Shown: positions 16,236 to 24,441 of the stretch, piece after piece | Layout: each line of letters opens with the position of its first letter | Numbering within the stretch: the first letter of the stretch is position 1 | Assembly: GCA_964629115.1 (NCBI GenBank) | Contig: CAZVPW010000002.1 | Coordinates: forward strand, 1-36,953 | Length of the DNA: 36,953 nt | Reading direction: 5' to 3' | DNA from: an uncultured Acidiphilium sp. | GTDB taxonomy: Bacteria; Bacillota; Clostridia; Christensenellales; Borkfalkiaceae | Notes under the pieces: generated by a model | Seen by the model: the letters and a program-made list of their open reading frames with translations, nothing else | Told to the model about the DNA's origin: nothing | The model's database searches: none | Position numbers and translations under genes: made by a program

Positions 16236-17669
16236 ATGTCGAAGATGAACTCCAAAGAGGCGACGCTCGCCCTAAAAAAAATCGAAGCCGAAATAACCAG
16301 GCGCTCAAACCTCCCGATTTACAAGTATAATTCGGGAAAGAAAAAACACCTAAAACAAATCGCTTTCCACAAGTGCCAAAAAAGAAACCGTTGGGTTTTC
16401 GGGGGAAACAGAAGCGGAAAGACCGAATGCGGCGCTGTGGAATCGATCTATATGGCTCGGGGCATACACCCTTATCGGCAAAATCGAAAGGACGTTTTCG
16501 GGTGGGTCGTTTCCCTCTCGAGGGAAGTTCAAAGAGACGTCGCTCAAAGCAAAATTTTCAAATATCTGCCCAAAGAATGGATAAGCGAAGTTATAATGAC
16601 TTCGGGGAAAAAGGGCGACCCGTCGAGCGGCGTCGTCGATCAAATCAAAATTAAAAACGTCTTTGGCGGAATCTCGACAATCGGCTTTAAAAGTTGCGAC
16701 CAAGGAAGAGAAAAATTTCAAGGAAGTTCGCTCGACTTCGTCTGGTTCGACGAAGAACCTCCCGAGGACGTTTACAGAGAGTGCTTGATGAGAGTCGTCG
16801 ACAAAAGAGGGGATATTTTCGGAACTATGACTCCCCTCAAGGGGCTGACTTTTATCTACGACGAAATCTATCTAAACTCGGGAAATTCAAGCGAAGTTTG
16901 GAGCGAGTTCGTCGAATGGGCGGACAATCCGTATTTATCGAGAGACGAGATAGACTCCCTTTCCTCGTCGATGAGCGAAGACGAACTCCGAACGAGAAGA
17001 TTCGGAGAGTTTAAATCGGATTTGGGACTCGTCTACCCCGAATTCGACGAAAACAAGCACGTCGTCGAACCGTTTGAGTTCCCAAGCGAATGGCAATGCG
17101 AAATTTCGATCGACCCGGGGCTTAACAATCCCCTCTCCGCGCATTGGTACTGCGTAGATTACGACGGCAACGTATACGTCGTCGCCGAGCACTTCGAAGC
17201 GGGGAGAGACGTCGGATATCACAGCGAGGCGATCAGAAAAAAGTGTCGCGATCTCAATTGGAAACGAGACGATAACGAACGTATACGGGCGCTTATCGAC
17301 TCCGCCGCCAACCAAAAAACGCTCGCCTCGTCAAAGAGCGTGACCGAACTTTTCGTCGAAAGAGGAATCTTGGTCAACCCGAAAGTAAATAAGGATCTCT
17401 TTTCGGGAATTTCGAGAGTTAAGGACTATTTAAAATCCGACCGTCTCTTTATCTTCAAGAATTGTCCAAATCTTATACGCGAACTCAAACGTTACAGATG
17501 GGGCGACGGAGACGTTCCTAAAAAAGTCGACGACCACGCCTTGGACGAATTGAGATATTTCATAATGTCGAGACCAAAACCCGACAAATACGAAAACCCC
17601 AAATCGGCGATAACGATAGACAAAGAGCGTTTGGCGAGAAAACTCTCGCGCGGACGAAAAAAAAGGTAA
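16236..17669 (+). CDS. terL: Phage terminase large subunit (TerL-like), orphan
   Basis: 477 aa. Walker A GGNRSGKT, Walker B LDFVWFDEE, coupling motif TMTP. C-terminal RNase-H-like nuclease acidic motifs ISIDPG, LIDSAANQ, VDDHALDELRY. AAAGGAG RBS. Confidence 0.85.
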   Translation: MSKMNSKEATLALKKIEAEITRRSNLPIYKYNSGKKKHLKQIAFHKCQKRNRWVFGGNRSGKTECGAVESIYMARGIHPYRQNRKDVFGWVVSLSREVQRDVAQSKIFKYLPKEWISEVIMTSGKKGDPSSGVVDQIKIKNVFGGISTIGFKSCDQGREKFQGSSLDFVWFDEEPPEDVYRECLMRVVDKRGDIFGTMTPLKGLTFIYDEIYLNSGNSSEVWSEFVEWADNPYLSRDEIDSLSSSMSEDELRTRRFGEFKSDLGLVYPEFDENKHVVEPFEFPSEWQCEISIDPGLNNPLSAHWYCVDYDGNVYVVAEHFEAGRDVGYHSEAIRKKCRDLNWKRDDNERIRALIDSAANQKTLASSKSVTELFVERGILVNPKVNKDLFSGISRVKDYLKSDRLFIFKNCPNLIRELKRYRWGDGDVPKKVDDHALDELRYFIMSRPKPDKYENPKSAITIDKERLARKLSRGRKKR

Positions 17670-17744
17670 ACCCATCGCGAGAAAAACTCCGATAACAAAC
17701 TTGCCCTACGCGAGAAAAAAGAAACGCGGAGTCAAACGAAAAAA

Positions 17745-17767
17745 GGCGAACTCTTTTCGAGTCCGCC
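17745..17767. terminator. Bidirectional terminator between convergent terL and the nuclease gene
   Basis: Stem ggcgaactc / gagtccgcc (one mismatch), flanked by an A-run (17740-17744) and a T-run (17768-17772). Confidence 0.65.
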
Positions 17768-17772
17768 TTTTT

Positions 17773-18837
17773 CTACTCGATTTCTCCGCCCGACAAGGCT
17801 TTGAGCCCGATTGAAATTATTTTCGATTTATTCTCGTCGCTCTCGTCCGACGCGAGAACCCTTCTGACGAACTCGCCCTTAAGCGACGAATCCCCGACGA
17901 CCTTTTGCATATCGATTTTTCTCGTCGTTCGGTCTTTAACCTCGACGAAATAGAATTCGTCGCCGAGCAGCCTCTTGACTTCGTCCGAAAGCCCGTCCGA
18001 ATCAAAATCGACTTCGCCCGTCAAAACGACTTCGATCAAATCTCTTCTCGACGCCGCCAAACTCGACGAAACCTTTTTATACGCTTCGTAAACGCTCGTC
18101 GCGCCGCTCAAGTCGACTTCGGCGACCGTTATTTTTCTTATGGAATTCGCGACAAACTCGACCGTCGGCAAATCGCTCGAACCAATGTCGACGACGACGA
18201 ACCCCTTTTCTCCCGTCTCGTCGAACCCTCTGCCCTCGAGACAACCCGAATAGGCGTAAACTCCGCGTTCGTCGAGCGCCCCCACTGAAAAAGAGTGAAC
18301 GTGACCGAGCGCGAGATAGTCGATATTTTTATTCCTCAGTCTCGCGAGATTTATTTTGCCGTCTCCGACCGAATCGCTCTTTTGACCGTGCGCGATTACG
18401 ACGTTTTTCTTGGATTCGTCAAGCCGCAACGTCGAATAAAAGGAAACGCTGTTTTCGGGGCAAAGTTCTATTCCCCAAAACTCGACGTCTCCGTACGAAT
18501 ACGACGTCCACTCCTTGCCGAAAGTCTTTAAATTAGGAAGCTCGGACATCTCGACGCATTCGGCTACGTCGTGATTGCCTCGCAAGTACAAAAAATCGAC
18601 GTCGGGATTGTTCCTTACCGCCCCGTAAAAAAACTCTTTATCCTTTTTAAAAGGTCTGTCGCCGTCGAAAACGTCGCCAGCCAAAACCATGACCTTAATT
18701 CCTTCCTCTCTCGCCCTTTCGATCGTCTTTTTGAACGCCGCTCTAACTTCCGCCTTTCTTTCCTCGGTTTTCTCGGGCGGCAGTTTCGCCTCTATTTTCG
18801 AACCGAGATGGACGTCGGCGCAATGGATAAATTTCAT
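17773..18837 (-). CDS. SbcD / YhaO-like metallophosphoesterase (DNA repair exonuclease family)
   Basis: 354 aa. MKFIHCADVHLGS, LAGDVFD, LRGNHDV, GHVH calcineurin-like motifs. Starts 2 nt after the malQ stop, with GGGAGA inside the malQ 3' end. Confidence 0.85.
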   Translation of the reverse strand: MKFIHCADVHLGSKIEAKLPPEKTEERKAEVRAAFKKTIERAREEGIKVMVLAGDVFDGDRPFKKDKEFFYGAVRNNPDVDFLYLRGNHDVAECVEMSELPNLKTFGKEWTSYSYGDVEFWGIELCPENSVSFYSTLRLDESKKNVVIAHGQKSDSVGDGKINLARLRNKNIDYLALGHVHSFSVGALDERGVYAYSGCLEGRGFDETGEKGFVVVDIGSSDLPTVEFVANSIRKITVAEVDLSGATSVYEAYKKVSSSLAASRRDLIEVVLTGEVDFDSDGLSDEVKRLLGDEFYFVEVKDRTTRKIDMQKVVGDSSLKGEFVRRVLASDESDENKSKIISIGLKALSGGEIE

Positions 18838-18839
18838 TT

Positions 18840-20324
18840 TTATCTCCCGTATTTTCTCGCGTAATTTCTTATTCTTCGCTTAGTCGCCTCGTCAAAATCT
18901 TCGGGCTTAAATCTAAACGTCCAGTTATCGTCGCTAAGTTTCGACGGCTCGTTGATTCGAGCCTCTTCTCCAAACCCCTTTACGTCCGCCATAGGAACGA
19001 CGACGATATCGGCATTTGAGGCGAATAACAGCCTTATAGCCGTGTTTACGCGTTCCGTTATCGACGAAAGTCTCGGAGACGCGCCGAGTTTTAAGCACTC
19101 GTCTTTCAAGACGGCGTCGATAACTTTTCCGTATTCTTCGGACGCCGAATCGATCAAAGCCGCAAGAGGCGAATTGTCGTGAGTTCCCGTATACGCCGCG
19201 CAATTTTTCGGGTAATTTGACGGGCGGTGCTCTCCGTACGGATTCAAATCGAAACAAAAGGACATAACCTTCATTCCGGGGAATCCCGTCTCTCTCATAA
19301 GATCCCTCGCCCCGTCGTCGATGAGTCCGAGATCTTCGGCGACGATCGGCGAATTTTTAAACGACTCGAAAAGTCGGCTTTTGGGCCCGTCCGCCCACTC
19401 TCCGTTTCGAGCGGTCGTCTCGCCGTTTTTTATGCGGTAGTACCGATCGAAAGACCTAAAGTGGTCGAGTCTGACGATATCGTAAATCTCGAGAGCCGAC
19501 GCGATGCGCTTCTTTTGCCAAGCGTAATCGTCTTTTTTCATCTTTTCCCAATCGTAGACGGGGTTTCCCCAAAGTTGCCCGTCCGCGGAAAAGGCGTCGG
19601 GCGGCACTCCGGCGACGAATTTAGGCTCGCCGTCGTCGTCGAATTGGAATAACTCGCTTCCGTATTTCCACGCTTCGACGCCGTCAAACGCAAGATAAAC
19701 GGGAAGATCGCCTAAAATAGATATTCCCTTTTTGCGAGAATATTCTCTTAAAGCGCGCCATTGTTTCAAAAATACGTACTGCGTAAAGAGCCAAAAATCG
19801 ACCGAATCGGCGTTTTCTCTCGCAAACTCGTCGACCTTTTCCTTATCGTAACGTTTAAAATCGCCCCATTCGGTTCGACTTTTAAAAGAAAATTTTTCCT
19901 TTAAGGCGTAAAAGAGAGCGAAATCGTCGTATTTCCCCGATTTTTTAAACTCCGACCATTCTGAGGACGAACGGTCGAATCTATCGAACGCCTTTTTAAG
20001 TATTCGCGTTTTGTTGAAAAATTGCAAGCCGTAATCGACCCGTTCGCCGCGGATAAGGTCGGCGGCGGCATAATCGTCGTCAAAAAGCAAGCCGTCGGAC
20101 TTTAATATTTCGAGGTCTATATAATAATGGCAAAACGCCTCGGACGCGCAAGGTTGATAAGGGCTGTTTCCGTAACTTAAAGGCGACAAAGGCAAGATCT
20201 GCCAAATTTTCGCGCCGGCGGAAGAAATATAATCGATAAAGTCGTACGCGCCTTGTCCGAGCGTTCCTATGCCCTCTTTCGACGGCAAGGAAGAAATCGG
20301 CGCCAATATTCCGAATTGTCTCAT
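18840..20324 (-). CDS. malQ: 4-alpha-glucanotransferase (amylomaltase, GH77)
   Basis: 494 aa. N-terminus GILAPISSLPSKEGIGTLGQGAYDFIDY...WQILPLSPLSYGNSPYQP and VRLDHFRSF are typical of MalQ. Confidence 0.9.
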   Translation of the reverse strand: MRQFGILAPISSLPSKEGIGTLGQGAYDFIDYISSAGAKIWQILPLSPLSYGNSPYQPCASEAFCHYYIDLEILKSDGLLFDDDYAAADLIRGERVDYGLQFFNKTRILKKAFDRFDRSSSEWSEFKKSGKYDDFALFYALKEKFSFKSRTEWGDFKRYDKEKVDEFARENADSVDFWLFTQYVFLKQWRALREYSRKKGISILGDLPVYLAFDGVEAWKYGSELFQFDDDGEPKFVAGVPPDAFSADGQLWGNPVYDWEKMKKDDYAWQKKRIASALEIYDIVRLDHFRSFDRYYRIKNGETTARNGEWADGPKSRLFESFKNSPIVAEDLGLIDDGARDLMRETGFPGMKVMSFCFDLNPYGEHRPSNYPKNCAAYTGTHDNSPLAALIDSASEEYGKVIDAVLKDECLKLGASPRLSSITERVNTAIRLLFASNADIVVVPMADVKGFGEEARINEPSKLSDDNWTFRFKPEDFDEATKRRIRNYARKYGR

Positions 20325-20351
20325 AATATCATTTTATCCTTTTTATATGGC

Positions 20352-20376
20352 GATATCCGCTTAAAAAGCGGATATC
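20352..20376 (-). other. Perfect 9-bp stem hairpin between radC and malQ, no U-tract
   Basis: gatatccgc-ttaaaaa-gcggatatc read directly. Confidence 0.85.
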
Positions 20377-20393
20377 TTCTAACCGAACGAAAA

Positions 20394-21107
20394 TCAAACG
20401 CTGAATTTCGAACGCATATATTCTTCTATGTCCGCCAATCTTCCGTCGAGACGATAACTAAATACGTCCGATCCGCCGACGATGATATGGTCGTATAATT
20501 TAACGTCGCTCAAGGAAAACATCAAAAGCATTTTCTCGGTCGCGTCGTCGTCTTGCTTGGACGGCGTCGCGTTTCCCGACGGGTGGTTGTGCGCGACCAC
20601 GACGGCTCGAGGCTTAATTGCGGCAAACGCCCTCGCAAACGGCGCCAAGGAGACCGAAACCCTTCCGTTCTCCCGATTTGTGTAAATCTCTCGTTGAATG
20701 ATTCGATTGTTTTTTGAGAGGAAAAAGGCGCAAAGACACTCCTCGTCCAACGAACCCATCGAATTGACGAGGTAAGAGCGTATGCTCTCGAGACTGTAAA
20801 TTTTCGTTTCGTCTTGCTTTTCGTCCGCGGCGATATCCATGGCTTTGCCGATCGCCGAAAGAAAAGTCGCCGCCTTGATTCCAATCCCGTCGACCTCGGC
20901 GAGATCGGACGGATCGGCGCGGAACACCTTGGAGAGAGAACCGTATTTGGCGAGCAATTTATGAGCCTCGTCGTTTACGTTCTTTCGAGGTATGGCTTGA
21001 AACAACAGTAATTCCAATATTTCGTGCTTTGAAAAAGATTCGGGACTTTCCTTGAACCTTTCTCTCATTCTCGCCCTGTGAGCCTCGTGTAAATTAACAT
21101 CTTTCAT
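20394..21107 (-). CDS. radC: RadC-family JAB/MPN domain protein
   Basis: 237 aa. N-terminal HhH-like region and C-terminal JAMM motif VVVAHNHPSGNATPSKQD. Confidence 0.9.
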   Translation of the reverse strand: MKDVNLHEAHRARMRERFKESPESFSKHEILELLLFQAIPRKNVNDEAHKLLAKYGSLSKVFRADPSDLAEVDGIGIKAATFLSAIGKAMDIAADEKQDETKIYSLESIRSYLVNSMGSLDEECLCAFFLSKNNRIIQREIYTNRENGRVSVSLAPFARAFAAIKPRAVVVAHNHPSGNATPSKQDDDATEKMLLMFSLSDVKLYDHIIVGGSDVFSYRLDGRLADIEEYMRSKFSV

Positions 21108-21139
21108 AGTGAGAAAACCGCGAAAATCTTAAATTTGAT

Positions 21140-21790
21140 TTATTCGTCCTTGCTTGCGTTTGTTTTTTTGTCCTTATTTACCGGAAGAATTCTAATCTTA
21201 AAACTCATCATCGCGATAATTTCCGCCGGGACGCCCAAAACGAACACCCACGCGAAAGGCTTCCACGCCATGACGATTATTAAAAAAGCGTCCAAAAGCA
21301 GCGACCATATCAATAGGGATACGGCGGCGAAATTGACGTACCTCTTCGCCCACAACGACGCGAAAACAATAGCGACGATCGCGAGAGCCGGCAACGGCAT
21401 CAGATAACAGTAAGTCAAATTCCAACCGACGTTTTCCGGTATCGACGCGTTTAATACGAGAAAGACCGCCGTCTCAAAGAACAAGATCGCAAAAAAAGTA
21501 ATCGACGCGACGAGTTTTCTGTTTCTGTTTTTGACGCCGGCGGCGTAAGTCGTTTGCTCGCGAGCAATTTCGCCGTCCTCGCGCTTGGTGACGAGAAAAT
21601 CCAAATCGACTCCGAACAACCGCGCTATATCGAGCAAAACGGACACATCGGGGATTGATTCTCCTCTCTCCCATTTTGAAACCGCCTTGTCCGAGTAATT
21701 TATCTTTTCCGCGAGCTCGGCTTGCGTCAGTTTCATTTGTTTGCGCAACGCCATAAGGTTTTGCGCGAATATAACTTTCAAATCGTCCAT
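21140..21790 (-). CDS. XRE-family HTH regulator fused to a 4-TM membrane domain
   Basis: The ATG at 21790 gives MDDLKVIFAQNLMALRKQMKLTQAELAEKINYSDKAVSKWERGESIPDV (HTH_3-like), followed by hydrophobic helices. The track's 34-codon N-terminal extension lies in the 5' UTR. Confidence 0.85.
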   Translation of the reverse strand: MDDLKVIFAQNLMALRKQMKLTQAELAEKINYSDKAVSKWERGESIPDVSVLLDIARLFGVDLDFLVTKREDGEIAREQTTYAAGVKNRNRKLVASITFFAILFFETAVFLVLNASIPENVGWNLTYCYLMPLPALAIVAIVFASLWAKRYVNFAAVSLLIWSLLLDAFLIIVMAWKPFAWVFVLGVPAEIIAMMSFKIRILPVNKDKKTNASKDE

Positions 21791-21919
21791 ATAACAATTC
21801 CTTTTATAAAAAGGTTGACTCCTTTCCTCAAAATCAAACCGAAAGCGCGCGATAGCCCGTAAAAGAGGATTTTGCCATCGGCAAACGACCATTGTCGCTC
21901 GTTCTTCGAAGTTATTATT

Positions 21920-21948
21920 ATTTTAGCATATACGAATGAAAAAATCAA
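21920..21948 (-). promoter_or_regulatory. Promoter of the XRE-TM / radC / malQ / nuclease string
   Basis: Minus strand reads TTGATT-17-(TGc)TAAAAT, an extended -10, about 125 nt upstream of the ATG at 21790. Confidence 0.5.
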
Positions 21949-22097
21949 TGCTATTTCTCGTTTTTTTTCGCAAAAAGATTAGTTCTACCGCGAGTAGAGT
22001 CGAAAAAAATTCTACGACGGGAAAAATCGCGTAAGCGCTATAGCCGAACGATCAAAGAAAAATCGTCAAAGCGACGGTCGCGTTCTCTTCGCAAGAC

Positions 22098-22147
22098 AAA
22101 GCAAAAGCAACAAAAGGCTCGAGCGTTTTTTTCTCGGAGCCTTTTTC
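22098..22147 (-). terminator. Terminator ending the long minus-strand string after aroQ
   Basis: Stem aggctcgag (22115-22123) / ctcggagcct (22133-22142, one bulge). The minus strand continues ccttttgttgcttttgc. A T-run also follows on the plus strand. Confidence 0.5.
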
Positions 22148-22227
22148 TCGCCTCTTTCCTTTGAGGCGCTCGTATTCGAATTTTAAAGAAACCGCTCTCA
22201 AAATCGCGAAAAATACAACGATGCGAT

Positions 22228-22257
22228 TTCGATATTTAAATTTTCGATATTTAAATT
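22228..22257. repeat. Exact 15-nt tandem duplication spanning the aroQ stop codon
   Basis: ttcgatatttaaatt occurs twice (22228-22242 and 22243-22257). Confidence 0.9.
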
Positions 22258-22703
22258 TTAATATCTGCTTTCGAATTGACGATTTCGATTACGGCGTCTA
22301 TCGCCTCGGCATACCCGTCGAATCCTTTGCCGACAATGGTTTTGCTCGCGACTTCCGAGACGTACGACCGACGACGATATTCCTCCCGCGCGTAAATATC
22401 GGTCAAATGAACCTCGACGACGGGCAATCCGACGGCTTTTAAAGCGTCCAAAATAGCGACGCTCGTGTGAGAATACCCGCCGGCGTTGATAACGATTCCG
22501 TCGCGGCAACCGTAAGCCCTTTGAATTTCGTCTATGATTTTGCCCTCGTCGTTGCTCTGAAAAATCTTTACCTTTACCTTAGCGCTCGCGCTCTTTTTTC
22601 TTATGAATTTTTTTAGATCGGCGTAACTTTTTTCGCCGTATTTATTCCTCTCTCGAATCCCGAGCATATTGAGATTCGGCCCGTTTACGACAAGTATTTT
22701 CAT
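22251..22703 (-). CDS. aroQ: 3-dehydroquinate dehydratase, type II
   Basis: 150 aa. MKILVVNGPNLNMLGIRE and VEVHLTDIYAREEYRRRSY match the type II DHQase signature. Confidence 0.92.
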   Translation of the reverse strand: MKILVVNGPNLNMLGIRERNKYGEKSYADLKKFIRKKSASAKVKVKIFQSNDEGKIIDEIQRAYGCRDGIVINAGGYSHTSVAILDALKAVGLPVVEVHLTDIYAREEYRRRSYVSEVASKTIVGKGFDGYAEAIDAVIEIVNSKADIKI

Positions 22704-22786
22704 TTTATTCCTCCATTCGAATAACTTTGAGCGTCCCGCGACTCCGCGCTTGAATCGAGACGATGTAAAATCGCTCTTTTACCCGA

Positions 22787-24007
22787 TTAACCGCGAAGCG
22801 CCTCGAATATAACTCTATCGCTCGCGACGTCCAATTTGTCGTCGTTTTTTATTTTCACATCGCTCGCCCGTTCGTATAAAGGAATTCTTTCGCTTAATAA
22901 TCGACTTATAGCCCCGTTTTTCGATAACGGTCTGCCAATCGACGACAACTTGTCGGCGTCGCGCTCGAGGTAGACCAAAAGGCCGTTTTGTTTCAAATCG
23001 ACGACGTTTCGCTCGTCCAAAACCGTTCCGCCTCCGCACGCTATAACCGCGCCGCTCTCTCTTTTGAGTTTCTCGACGACTTCTCGTTCTCTTTTTCGAA
23101 AATATTCCTCTCCGAGATTTTCGATAATCCGTTCGGGGGTTTTGCCCGTCGCCTTTTCAATCTCCAAATCGACGTCGAAAAACTGTCTGCCCGTCTTTTT
23201 CGCGACGAACGCTCCGACAGTCGATTTCCCGGCGGACGGAGCCCCGATCAAGACGATATTTTGCCTCTCTCGACGAATCGAGTCCGTTTGAACGGCTATT
23301 TTTTCGAGATAATCGTCGTTTTTACCCCATAAATACTCCGAATAGAGTCCTTGGGCGACGAGCATAGTCAATCCGCAAGCGTTTTTTATCCCGAGGGCGT
23401 CGGCTTGGAGAGATAGTTTCGTTCTCAGAGGATTATAGACCAAATCGAAGACCCCTCGAAGGCAAGGCATACGAGATAAATCCAACGGACTTTTGTCTTC
23501 GTTCGGAAACATACCGACGGGAGTAGCGTTTATAGCGACCGTAGCGTCGACAAAATCGTAACAACGACCCGCCTCGATTTCTTTTCTCCCTCCGACCTCG
23601 ACCGCCGACAAAGCTCCTTGTTTTCGAGCGACGTATCGAGCGACCGCGGCTCCGCCGCCCTTACCTAAAATCAAAACCTTTTCGCCTTTTAACGAAAGGT
23701 TTGCGGCGGACAAAGCGTATTCGAGACCGAAACAATCGGTATTAAACCCTTTCAATCTCCCGTTCTCGTTCGCGACCGTATTGACCGCACCGATTTCAAG
23801 AGCCGTCTCGTCGATTTCGTCCAAATATGGGATTACCGCCTTTTTATAAGGCATCGTGACGTTCAATCCTCCAAAGTCTCTTTGTTCGAATAATCGACCT
23901 ATATCCTCGCGTTTGACTTCTTTTAGTTCGTAGTCAAGCCCGTTTAACGTATGAATGTCCGCCGAAAAACTATGCCCCAATTTTTCGCCGATGAGATAGT
24001 ATTTCAT
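22787..24007 (-). CDS. aroE/aroK: Bifunctional shikimate dehydrogenase / shikimate kinase fusion
   Basis: 406 aa. AroE motifs NVTMPYK, GFNTDCFG, GKGGGAA, then an AroK P-loop IVLIGAPSAGKSTVG and ACGGGTV. Confidence 0.9.
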   Translation of the reverse strand: MKYYLIGEKLGHSFSADIHTLNGLDYELKEVKREDIGRLFEQRDFGGLNVTMPYKKAVIPYLDEIDETALEIGAVNTVANENGRLKGFNTDCFGLEYALSAANLSLKGEKVLILGKGGGAAVARYVARKQGALSAVEVGGRKEIEAGRCYDFVDATVAINATPVGMFPNEDKSPLDLSRMPCLRGVFDLVYNPLRTKLSLQADALGIKNACGLTMLVAQGLYSEYLWGKNDDYLEKIAVQTDSIRRERQNIVLIGAPSAGKSTVGAFVAKKTGRQFFDVDLEIEKATGKTPERIIENLGEEYFRKREREVVEKLKRESGAVIACGGGTVLDERNVVDLKQNGLLVYLERDADKLSSIGRPLSKNGAISRLLSERIPLYERASDVKIKNDDKLDVASDRVIFEALRG

Positions 24008-24441
24008 TCTTTTTCCCTCGGCTCGCCGACTTCGCCTTGATTTCCGGCGACTTTATTTTCTTCTTTTGAAACCGAAGACGCGCTCGCAGAATTCGTAGAA
24101 CGACTCGATTTAGAAGAAGCTCCGACGGAAGAGCGGTTATAGAAACTCGACAAGGGGCGCGAATCGGAAGAAGCTCCGACGAAAGACGACCTTTGAAAAT
24201 CCTTGCTTTCTTGAAAAATGAAAGAATATAGTCTCCCGAGTCGCTCGGCGAACATATCCGTTCTTCCCGAAGTCAATCTATCGGTTATTTGTTTTTCCCT
24301 CGATTTAGACTCGACCGCTGTCTTTTTCTCTTTCTTTATTCTGCCGATATCCGCGCACAAACAAAGGCGTTTTTCGTAAAGGGCGGCTATTTTATCGTCC
24401 AATTCGTCGATTTCCTTTCGCAAATCTTCAATATCTTTCAT
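24004..24441 (-). CDS. Chorismate mutase (AroQ-class CM_2 domain) with a Ser-rich C-terminal tail
   Basis: 145 aa. LRKEIDELDDKIAALYEKRLCLCADIGRIKKE is typical of helical chorismate mutase. The last 55 or so residues are low-complexity (SSFVGASSDS...SSVGASSKSS). ATGA overlaps at both ends. Confidence 0.8.
   Translation of the reverse strand: MKDIEDLRKEIDELDDKIAALYEKRLCLCADIGRIKKEKKTAVESKSREKQITDRLTSGRTDMFAERLGRLYSFIFQESKDFQRSSFVGASSDSRPLSSFYNRSSVGASSKSSRSTNSASASSVSKEENKVAGNQGEVGEPREKE

Noticed and set aside
21791-21892. 34-codon N-terminal extension of the XRE-TM gene in the ORF track
   Set aside because: The HTH domain begins right at the internal Met (MDDLKVIF...). The extension (MVVCRWQNPLLRAIARFRF...) lies in the predicted 5' UTR and has no RBS.
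14542-21948. Bounded prophage or phage satellite containing terL, the late-activator-like gene, the SbcD-like nuclease, radC and XRE
   Set aside because: There is no integrase or recombinase, no flanking direct repeats, no structural or lysis genes, malQ sits in the middle, and the composition matches the host by eye. At most it is an old remnant, reported as separate findings instead.
22228-22257. Short tandem repeats considered as a CRISPR array or minisatellite (also 14701..14720)
   Set aside because: There are only 2-3 contiguous copies of 6-15 nt with no spacers. No cas genes are present in the window.
24010-24180. Ser-rich tail of chorismate mutase considered as a frameshift artefact or a separate small gene
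   Set aside because: The reading frame is continuous from the chorismate mutase domain and ends in an ATGA overlap with aroE/K. No alternative ORF with an RBS explains the region.
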